A stretch of 11,162 nucleotides of DNA from Candidatus Thorarchaeota archaeon (GTDB taxonomy: Archaea; Asgardarchaeota; Thorarchaeia; Thorarchaeales; Thorarchaeaceae): contig PRDJ01000003.1 in NCBI GenBank assembly GCA_003345555.1, forward strand, positions 1 to 11,162, written 5' to 3'. This document shows positions 1 to 6,658 of the stretch, one piece after another. Position 1 is the stretch's first letter. Every line of letters starts with the position of its first letter. The notes under the pieces are model-generated. The model ran no database searches and was not told the DNA's origin. It saw nothing but the letters and a program-made list of their open reading frames with translations. Made by a program: the position numbers and the translations under genes.

Positions 1-1
1 A

Positions 2-109
2 GGCACACTAAACAAGGGCGGTCTTACTGGCCGTGTAATCGAGTCATGGGCTGTACTCGATGAGTTCATCCACGCAGTTAATCAGGTATTCACCAATCAC
101 TTAGGCTGA
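2..109 (+). CDS. 3' end of an unidentified CDS running in from the left edge (GTLNKGGLTGRVIESWAVLDEFIHAVNQVFTNHLG*)
   Basis: Frame 2 is open from the window edge to TGA at 107-109 and reads as a plausible amphipathic protein tail. No family recognised. Confidence 0.4.
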   Translation, partial: GTLNKGGLTGRVIESWAVLDEFIHAVNQVFTNHLG

Positions 110-215
110 CGGGTAGTTGGCCAGCGTGAGCCGCCGCCTTCAAGAATGACCTAAAATCCACGTCTCGACGTTCTTCCGAACCTCATCGAAATAATGTTCC
201 CCATCTTGGCCTGTT

Positions 216-569
216 CTATTGCCCGGTGAGGCCACCGCACTTGCTGTCCTCAAAGATATCGCCAAAGGCCCTGTAGAAGTACTGACAGGCCTCCAATAGA
301 CCTTCTCTACCGGCGGTTGTCAATCTGTAGATGACCTGTCTTCCCTCCGATGTCTTCTCAATCAGATTACGAGAGAATAGGTCCTTGAGCGCGGGATAGA
401 TAGTGCCGGGCGTTGGTTTACTGCCTCTTCTTACAGCGATTCTCTTCGCCAGTTCCTGTCCGTTCATTGGTTTCTTACTCAATTCCCAAAGTATTTGGAA
501 TGAAAGCAGACCACGCATGTCACAGCAGGCTGGCGGACAGCATTCATCGTATACTGGCTTGTGCGTCAC
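216..569 (-). CDS. PadR-family winged-helix transcriptional regulator with Cys-rich N-terminus (CCPPACC)
   Basis: PadR signatures LSFQILWELSKKPMNGQEL, PTPGTIYPALKDL and YRLTTAGR. GTG start at 569 (alternative ATG at 518), TAG stop. Divergent from arsM. Confidence 0.9.
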   Translation of the reverse strand: MTHKPVYDECCPPACCDMRGLLSFQILWELSKKPMNGQELAKRIAVRRGSKPTPGTIYPALKDLFSRNLIEKTSEGRQVIYRLTTAGREGLLEACQYFYRAFGDIFEDSKCGGLTGQ

Positions 570-575
570 GGTCTA

Positions 576-627
576 TATTGGATGACCAATAGGTTTATAT
601 CTGCTTGTATCGGGCGTCCAATAGGAC
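576..627. promoter_or_regulatory. Divergent promoter/operator: TATA box TTTATA at 594-599 flanked by TATTGG-N4-CCAATA (576-591) and a second CCAATAGG copy (618-625)
   Basis: Motifs read directly from the sequence. The TATA lies about 25 bp from the padR GTG and about 25 bp from the second CCAATAGG copy on the arsM side. Confidence 0.55.
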
Positions 628-661
628 CATATTAGATGAGGAATAGAAGGACGAATCTGCA

Positions 662-1420
662 ATGAGAAAGGAGAGCAAGTCCATCAAGAAGCACGTGAAG
701 CAACACTACGCTGAGGTCGCACAAAGAGCCCAGGCACCTGCCTCTTGCTCATGCTCCAGCTCGTGCTGCGGTTCGGTCTCGAAGGCAGAGTATGCAGAAG
801 CAATAGGTTACATCAAGGAGCAAATCGTCACGCTGCCCGACGGGGCCATTGCGGCCAGCGCAGGATGTGGTAATCCCACAGCTCTTGCAGAACTGCAAGA
901 TGGAGAAACAGTCCTCGATCTCGGATCTGGAGGCGGCATTGACGTATTCTTGGCTGCGAAACGGGTCGGACCGCACGGAAGGGTAATCGGTGTGGATATG
1001 ACCCCTGATATGATAGAATTGGCCGAGAAGGGCGCGAAGGAAATGGGCCTTGAGAATGTCGAGTTCAGACTGGGAGACATCGAGGAATTGCCTGTGGAGA
1101 ATCAATCCGTTGATGTCATCATAAGCAACTGTGTCATTAATCTTGCACCTGACAAGGACAAGGTGTTCAGGGAAGCCTACAGAGTACTCAAGCCCGGCGG
1201 GCGGTTGATGGTATCTGACATAGTCACCGATGGTGAGCTGCCCAAAGCAGTAAGGGACAATCCAGATGCATGGGCGGGATGCGTGGCTGGTGCCCTTGAC
1301 GAGCGGGACTATCTGGCCAAGATTCATGATGCGGGATTTCAGGACGTGGAGACTGTCTCTAAGAAGCGATTCGTGGAACAAGTGTACAGTGCAGAGGTAA
1401 AGGCATTCAAACCAATCTAA
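662..1420 (+). CDS. arsM: Arsenite S-adenosylmethionine methyltransferase
   Basis: SAM motif I VLDLGSGGG. ArsM/AS3MT conserved cysteines in GCGNP (C69), ISNCVINL (C157) and WAGCVAGA (C207). Also has LKPGGRL and an N-terminal CSCSSSCC. Confidence 0.92.
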   Translation: MRKESKSIKKHVKQHYAEVAQRAQAPASCSCSSSCCGSVSKAEYAEAIGYIKEQIVTLPDGAIAASAGCGNPTALAELQDGETVLDLGSGGGIDVFLAAKRVGPHGRVIGVDMTPDMIELAEKGAKEMGLENVEFRLGDIEELPVENQSVDVIISNCVINLAPDKDKVFREAYRVLKPGGRLMVSDIVTDGELPKAVRDNPDAWAGCVAGALDERDYLAKIHDAGFQDVETVSKKRFVEQVYSAEVKAFKPI

Positions 1421-1590
1421 GAGGCCGAAAGAGTTCGAGCATACTCTTCACCGCCTAGACGGCTCTTGCCAGCTCACCTCTAGAGTTGGCCTAGAGAATC
1501 GGCACCCGTTACATGATCTTCCGAGCGTATCTGAAAGGTTAAATGGTTCATCAAGCCAGCCGACCAACATCTTTCCGAAGGGTCGATGGA

Positions 1591-2001
1591 ATGCCTCCGA
1601 AGGACATGAACGTCATCGTGTTTGGCTGTACTCAGTGCATGTATAATGCAGCCGATCTTGCAGGCACAATGAAGATACAATATGACGTGAGTGCCCGCAT
1701 CATTCGCATGCCTTGCACGGCAAGGTTAGACATCAACTTCATCCTGAAGGCCCTTCAAGAGGGCGCAGATGGCGTTCTTGTAGTTGGCTGTCACCCCGGC
1801 GACTGCGCTTACAAGACCGGAAACTTGGGTGCGGAAAGAAGGGTCCGCTTCGCGAAGAAGCTCATCGGTCAGCTGGGAATGAATGAGGGCCGCGTGAAGA
1901 TGGTCTTTGTCAGCGCTGCAGAAGGCGACAAGTTCGCGGCTGAGGTCAACAAATTCGCTGACGAAATTCGGAAGATTGGGCCGAATCCGATACGTCTGTA
2001 G
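1591..2001 (+). CDS. mvhD: MvhD/FlpD-family [2Fe-2S] hydrogenase iron-sulfur (delta) subunit
   Basis: Motifs FGCTQCMYNAADLAG, RMPCTARLD, GADGVLVVGCHPGDCAY, GN...RRV, RVKMVFVSAAEG.KF and GPNP. The track starts at 1543, but ATG 1591 (or 1606) fits family length better. Confidence 0.9.
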   Translation: MPPKDMNVIVFGCTQCMYNAADLAGTMKIQYDVSARIIRMPCTARLDINFILKALQEGADGVLVVGCHPGDCAYKTGNLGAERRVRFAKKLIGQLGMNEGRVKMVFVSAAEGDKFAAEVNKFADEIRKIGPNPIRL

Positions 2002-2003
2002 GT

Positions 2004-2189
2004 TTGGGCTCATCTATATCTATTGAAGACTATACAGGGCAAGACGGTTGGCTTCTCAAGAGGGAACCAGCGACTGTTGGATTCTTGGTTGTTATCTTCC
2101 TGTTTGGTTTGCTGATCGGTTTTCTTGGCTTTCGGTTTCTGTTTCGGATGTTGAATCCGGGGGATTTGTTCGTTACGGGGGTGGTATAG
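2004..2189 (+). CDS. Possible small single-pass membrane protein
   Basis: One hydrophobic stretch (VGFLVVIFLFGLLIGFLGF) followed by RFLFR. Only TTG starts are available (2004 or 2085) and there is no clear RBS. It could be a T-rich non-coding tract. Confidence 0.35.
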   Translation: MGSSISIEDYTGQDGWLLKREPATVGFLVVIFLFGLLIGFLGFRFLFRMLNPGDLFVTGVV

Positions 2190-2196
2190 AGAACAG

Positions 2197-2236
2197 GGTT
2201 TATATCCAAAACACTCCATTCCTTAACTATAGTGAA
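2197..2236 (+). promoter_or_regulatory. FTR1 promoter: TATA GGTTTATATC (2197-2206) plus near-perfect palindrome TTAACTATAGTGAA (2223-2236)
   Basis: The 10-mer is identical to the one at 592-601. The palindrome sits at the expected transcription start, 17 bp before the ATG at 2254. Confidence 0.55.
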
Positions 2237-2253
2237 TATGGGGCGGGCAAAGA

Positions 2254-3114
2254 ATGTCGTTAGTAGCACCTCTGGTTGTATCGTTGAGAGAAGGCATTGA
2301 GATAGCTCTGATAATCGCAGTAATGGCATCATACTTGCGTAAGTCGGGTCAAATGCCTCTAGCTCGGTATGTGATGGCCGGCACGCTAATGGCTGTGGTG
2401 GGCAGCATAGGAATAGCCCTCTTAATGGCCGCGATCTGGGGGGAATTTGAGGGGCCCGGCCTTGATGTGTTTGAAGGGGTTGTGGTCATTAGTGCTGCAG
2501 TATTATTGACGACAATGATCCTTTGGATGTGGAAGATGGGGCCCAGCGTCGGGCCGGACATAGAAGCATCAATGAAGCAAAGGGCAAGAGCAGGCAGCAG
2601 CATCGGACTGGTCTTATTGAGCTTCGCGCTCATCCTCAGAGAGGGCGTAGAGCTTGTTCTCTTCTCGATGGCTCTGGCAATAGAGGATGCGACCCAGACA
2701 TATCTAGGGGTCAGTTTGGGGTTGTTACTTGCCTTCGCCGCAGGGGTTGGCATTTACCAAGGATCGCTGAGAATCAGCCTGAGAACTTTCTTCAGGTGGA
2801 CTTCCATATTCCTAGTGCTCTTCGCAGCAGGGATGGTATCCTATGGAATACAGGAGCTACAAGACGGAGGCCTGCTTCTGATCGGGTCACTTCAGGTATG
2901 GGATATCAATCCGCTGTTGGATGAGAACGGGCTAATTGGAGGTCTTGCCAAGGCTTTGTTCGGATATGATGGCAACCCTTCGGCTTTGATGGTCGTGGGA
3001 TATGTGTCGTATCTGTTTATAGTTGCTGTCTACTACGGACTCAACAAGAGACATGTCAACCACGTGGTCCATCCCTCCACGCTCGAAGCCGCAGTAATTG
3101 CCGCCAAGGAGTGA
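2254..3114 (+). CDS. FTR1/EfeU-family high-affinity iron permease
   Basis: Two REGxE iron-binding motifs (LREGIE, LREGVE), about 7 hydrophobic segments, and family C-terminal motifs GIQELQ, WDINPLL and LFGY. Confidence 0.92.
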   Translation: MSLVAPLVVSLREGIEIALIIAVMASYLRKSGQMPLARYVMAGTLMAVVGSIGIALLMAAIWGEFEGPGLDVFEGVVVISAAVLLTTMILWMWKMGPSVGPDIEASMKQRARAGSSIGLVLLSFALILREGVELVLFSMALAIEDATQTYLGVSLGLLLAFAAGVGIYQGSLRISLRTFFRWTSIFLVLFAAGMVSYGIQELQDGGLLLIGSLQVWDINPLLDENGLIGGLAKALFGYDGNPSALMVVGYVSYLFIVAVYYGLNKRHVNHVVHPSTLEAAVIAAKE

Positions 3115-3293
3115 ACAACTGAACAGACCTCATCTTGCGCTCGACAGCAAAGGCTTTCACGGGATGCAGGAAGACCCTATTATCCATTTGCAGCAACCAA
3201 AACGACTTTGGCTGTCATCGCAAACCCATCTAAGGGGGAATACAGATACACTCAGATAGACGTCGAACTGGAGACAAGGCGGAGCAAGCGTCG

Positions 3294-4139
3294 ATGGTTC
3301 GGAGAGAGAAGGGCGAGAAAGTGCCCAATTCACAGAAACAGAAGAGCCCTCTGAAAGACAGAGTGCGCGAGCTATTTGCCAGCAACAAGATGTGCGAGTT
3401 GGCATTTGATGAACTTGAGAATGACGATGAAGTAGATACCATGCTTGAGGACTGCAACAGGATGGCAATAGACAGACTCGGATTCTCTGATCACGGACAC
3501 ACGCACTCTCTGATTGTGACCATGAATGGGATTCACTTGCTGCGCGTCCTGAGCTCGGGAGTTCAGCCATCGATTGTGCAGGAGCAGACTGGGACGTTAG
3601 AGGATTCAGAGCTCGTAGTTATGCTTGCCTGTTATCTGCACGACATAGGAATGAGCGTACATCGTGAGCGGCACAACATATTCTCAGTGACCCTTGCAAC
3701 ACCGATTGTCAACCGGATTCTCGAGAAGGTGTACCCGAAAGACAGGCATAAGCAGGCCCATATCAGAGGGCACGTGCTTCATGCCATTTTCTGCCATGAC
3801 AAGCAAATCACCCCGAGCACGATTGAGGCCGGCATTGTCGGTGTGGCCGACGCACTCGACATGACCAAAGGCAGGGCGAGGATTCCGTTCGAGGCCGGGA
3901 GAGTCAACATCCATTCAGCCTCGGCGATGGCAATCAACAAGGTCGATATTAAGAAGGGTGAAGAGAAGACCGTGAGAATAGAAATCTCGATGAGCAATGC
4001 TTCAGGTATTTTCCAAATCCAAGAGCTTTTGGAAAAGAAGATACGCAACGCGGCCCAGCTGCTTGACCACATCGAGCTTTATGCAATCATGGCTGGAGAA
4101 GAGGATCGGATACTGGGCGAGAAGCTGAGAGTACTCTGA
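3294..4139 (+). CDS. HD-superfamily metal-dependent phosphohydrolase (COG3294-like)
   Basis: Motifs DHGHTH, LHDIG, HAIFCHD and ADALDMTKGRARIPF...IHS.SA.AI..V.I. The true start may be downstream (GTG 3321 or ATG 3390). Confidence 0.88.
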   Translation: MVRREKGEKVPNSQKQKSPLKDRVRELFASNKMCELAFDELENDDEVDTMLEDCNRMAIDRLGFSDHGHTHSLIVTMNGIHLLRVLSSGVQPSIVQEQTGTLEDSELVVMLACYLHDIGMSVHRERHNIFSVTLATPIVNRILEKVYPKDRHKQAHIRGHVLHAIFCHDKQITPSTIEAGIVGVADALDMTKGRARIPFEAGRVNIHSASAMAINKVDIKKGEEKTVRIEISMSNASGIFQIQELLEKKIRNAAQLLDHIELYAIMAGEEDRILGEKLRVL

Positions 4140-4156
4140 TCGGAAACGACCTCTGA

Positions 4157-4585
4157 ATGGAGATCGGTCCCATGCTGGATGGCATGCGAATTTCGAAAGG
4201 TGACTTGGACAGACTAATCTGCCATGCAGAGAGTAGCCTACCCCTTGAATCGGCCGCCTTGCTCTTCGGGCGAATCGAAAGCAATGTAATCTTGGTCACA
4301 AGGGTTGAGCCTGTTGACAATGTCTTGAAGTCAAGCGTCGCATTCGAAGTTGACCCTATGGTCGAATATCGACTGCTTCTGGATGCTGAGGCACGAGGCG
4401 AGGAGATGATTGGGATATTCCACTCACATCCTGCGCCGCCGATGCCATCGAAACAGGATCTCCGCAACATGGATCTAAACCCTGTCGTGTGGCTGATAGC
4501 ATCGAAGACGACCGGCCGTTGGAAGAGTCGTGCCTTCTTGCTAGACAACATGAAATTGGCAGAAGTCTCGCTTATCGTTGTGTGA
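4157..4585 (+). CDS. JAB/MPN+ (JAMM, M67-family) zinc metalloisopeptidase, desampylase-like
   Basis: E31 (PLESAALLFG) plus HSHPAPPMPSKQD (H89, H91, S98, D101). Single-domain 142-aa size. Confidence 0.9.
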   Translation: MEIGPMLDGMRISKGDLDRLICHAESSLPLESAALLFGRIESNVILVTRVEPVDNVLKSSVAFEVDPMVEYRLLLDAEARGEEMIGIFHSHPAPPMPSKQDLRNMDLNPVVWLIASKTTGRWKSRAFLLDNMKLAEVSLIVV

Positions 4586-4587
4586 GC

Positions 4588-4902
4588 CTAACGTTGCAGC
4601 CCTTTCAATGTTCCTGAGGCTCGCTTGGGCTCAAACGATACCTGCGTGTTGCCAATGGCCGTTATCAGCGCAGCAGAAGCAAGAAGCTTATCGAGAGATT
4701 CGGCATTGCACTGCAATATTCCTGTATCTTCATCATCATTGTACATGCCTATGAACAACCTAGAGTCTGCGACGGAGACTTCTCCGAACAGCGAAAGGAA
4801 GTTCTTTCGAATGGCTGCTGAGAGCTGGTGCACATCGATTGCGGGCCCCTCCCTGTGCAGGCGGAAGAGCACATACCTTCTTCTCAGTTTGCGCATTCTC
4901 AC
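4588..4902 (-). CDS. rnp2: RNase P protein component 2 (Pop5/Rpp14 family)
   Basis: N-terminal RRRYVLFRL, central LFGE, C-terminal SGTLKGL. GTGA overlap with the rpp30 stop. Conserved gene order. Confidence 0.85.
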   Translation of the reverse strand: MRMRKLRRRYVLFRLHREGPAIDVHQLSAAIRKNFLSLFGEVSVADSRLFIGMYNDDEDTGILQCNAESLDKLLASAALITAIGNTQVSFEPKRASGTLKGLQR

Positions 4903-5585
4903 GAATCCTCCCGTACGACTTCAATCCCGGGTGTAAATGACTGAGACTTCACTTTGCGCTCAGAGCGGCTCAGGATTTGATCAGGTACCTGATACACGCA
5001 TTCCTTCGACTTGCGCTTATCCATTCCAAGCAGTATGCCGATGTGCCACATGGCGGATGGCGCTCTCATAAGGATGGGTTCGGATGCGAAGCTCGACAGG
5101 ACGACTGCCATCCCTGAATCTATCGCCGTTGCTACTGATTCTCTATAGACCTTCAAAATCCTCGACCTATCAAGCCCGGATGTCCTGAGGAGTGGAGCAA
5201 TAGGGACCTCCAAAGCGATTCCGTTCTGTCCGGCCAGCTTGGCAGTGCTCTCTCGAATAGTATACTCCTTTGATGGCTCTGCAATCGTAAGGAGGTCGAC
5301 TCTGGAATCCTCCGCTGCCCAGTTGGAAGCTTCGATGTCGCTTAGGGGCACTGCAATTACTGAGGTTCTCTGTCTGATGCGTGGCAGCTGTCTCTTTATT
5401 GACTCTGCACCTCTTCCAGCCAAGTCTATCCTAGTCATCAGCACGATGCCGTCGTTCGTCTTTGTTATGGGGTTGCTCATAGGAAGAGGAACAGCAAAAC
5501 CAGTCAGCCCTATCCTGGCCGCCATTCGTGTGAAATCTGTGAGCTTATCGAACTTGGGTACTCTTACGTTCAGGTCCAGAGGCAC
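4899..5585 (-). CDS. rnp3: RNase P protein component 3 (Rpp30)
   Basis: PHP/TIM-barrel-like, with AAEDSRVDLL, AKLAGQNGIALEV and VVLSS.A...ILMRAP motifs. Lies between COG1325 and pop5. GAGGGG RBS before the GTG. Confidence 0.85.
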   Translation of the reverse strand: MPLDLNVRVPKFDKLTDFTRMAARIGLTGFAVPLPMSNPITKTNDGIVLMTRIDLAGRGAESIKRQLPRIRQRTSVIAVPLSDIEASNWAAEDSRVDLLTIAEPSKEYTIRESTAKLAGQNGIALEVPIAPLLRTSGLDRSRILKVYRESVATAIDSGMAVVLSSFASEPILMRAPSAMWHIGILLGMDKRKSKECVYQVPDQILSRSERKVKSQSFTPGIEVVREDS

Positions 5586-5588
5586 GGT

Positions 5589-6047
5589 TCACCCCTCCGC
5601 AGCTGCTAGACGCTCTTGAATGAATGTTATGGCTTTTTCCTGAATACATCGAGGATACTGACGAATATGCAGTTGAATGCTAATGACATCTGATTCCGTT
5701 GCAAGCTGCAAGCGGCCAAGATATGCAGCCTGCTTATCAAGTCTAATGAAAAGAACACAGCGGTCGTCTAAACGCTGCCTTATCGTGCTGAGAAGGGTCT
5801 CTCTGTCGGTTGATGATAATGTTCTCAGGAGGTAGTCTGCTGTAGTCTCGCTTGAGGGCTTATCTTCTGTTGTCGCAGCGATTACGACGATAGGTATCTG
5901 ATTGTACCCTTCTGTCCTTGTGCTGGTCATCTGCACCTTGCTGCGAAGCTCTTCGGGGAAAACATTCAGGACTGCAGCATTCACCCTTTCGACGATCTCT
6001 GTCGCGCGTGAGTAGGCCCGGGCCTCAACCCTGGCGAAGTACGACAT
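5589..6047 (-). CDS. COG1325/DUF54 RNA-binding protein (predicted exosome-associated)
   Basis: Motifs YSRATE...V..A, EGY.QIPI and RLDD..VLFIRLDKQAAY.G. ATG at 6047 with GGGAGA RBS (the track extends to 6074). Canonical position downstream of rpl15e. Confidence 0.85.
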   Translation of the reverse strand: MSYFARVEARAYSRATEIVERVNAAVLNVFPEELRSKVQMTSTRTEGYNQIPIVVIAATTEDKPSSETTADYLLRTLSSTDRETLLSTIRQRLDDRCVLFIRLDKQAAYLGRLQLATESDVISIQLHIRQYPRCIQEKAITFIQERLAAAEG

Positions 6048-6076
6048 ATTCGTCTCCCTGAGCGGAGCAGTCAAGC

Positions 6077-6658
6077 CTACTTCCCAATATTGCCCTTGGC
6101 CCCAAGAGACGGTCTGATCTTTTCTGCACCAGTACCCTTTCTCCGTAGACCCCTGCTCTTCTTGCCGGCTGAAGTGAGTCCACGGTGCGTTCTTCCTTTC
6201 TGTGTAGGGTCACAAATCCAGTTGATGACCGGGTCATTATAGACTTCTGGGCGACTGGGATCCACCAAGATGCATTCGTACCATATCCACTTGCTATCCT
6301 GCCCTAGCCAGTAGGAGTTCAGCAAGCGAAGATTGGGAAACTTGCGAGCAACTCTCTCTTCAGCAATCCAGCGACGATTCTTCTGGGGCGTGTATCTGGT
6401 GACACCCATGCTTCTTGGCTTCCGTCCAGCTTTGGGTCGAATCTTCTCACGAGGACCACGACCCGTTCTCACTCTTACAACAACGTAGCCTAGCTTGGCT
6501 TTGTAGCCTAGTGACCGTGCTCGTCCGAGTCTTGTTGGGTGCTCTAGCCTTACGATACTATCCTGTCTTCTCCAGACGATATATCTACCCCGGATGGTTT
6601 CAGTACGCTCGTCTTGCTCTTCCATCCATGCTTCATTCATGTGTTTGTAGGCTGACAT
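6077..6658 (-). CDS. rpl15e: 50S ribosomal protein L15e
   Basis: Motifs MSAYKH...W, WRR, PTRLGRARSLGYKAK.GYVVVRVR, EERVARKFPNL.LLNSYW and RGLTSAGKKSRGL. ATG at 6658. Confidence 0.97.
   Translation of the reverse strand: MSAYKHMNEAWMEEQDERTETIRGRYIVWRRQDSIVRLEHPTRLGRARSLGYKAKLGYVVVRVRTGRGPREKIRPKAGRKPRSMGVTRYTPQKNRRWIAEERVARKFPNLRLLNSYWLGQDSKWIWYECILVDPSRPEVYNDPVINWICDPTQKGRTHRGLTSAGKKSRGLRRKGTGAEKIRPSLGAKGNIGK

Noticed and set aside
110-215. TAG read-through (pyrrolysine) or frameshift extension of the PadR
   Set aside because: The PadR domain is complete before the TAG, the extension is only 10 codons, and there are no pyl genes in the window.
749-1381. 210-aa minus-strand ORF, plus 808..1080
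   Set aside because: Antisense shadows of arsM with no recognisable motifs.
662-2001. Selenocysteine recoding in arsM or mvhD, with the hairpins at 1421-1490 as a SECIS
   Set aside because: MvhD/VhuD is a selenoprotein in some archaea, but every ligand position here is TGC/TGT. Neither ORF has an in-frame TGA (stops are TAA and TAG), so there is nothing to recode.
2010-2332. Lys/Asn/Gln-rich minus-strand ORFs
   Set aside because: Their composition is just the complement of the T/G-rich tract, and one overlaps the FTR1 start.
3115-3293. Possible ncRNA in the FTR1-HD spacer (CCAAA-ACGAC-TTTGG hairpin)
   Set aside because: Only short stems expected by chance, with no C/D box pair, tRNA arms or other motif.
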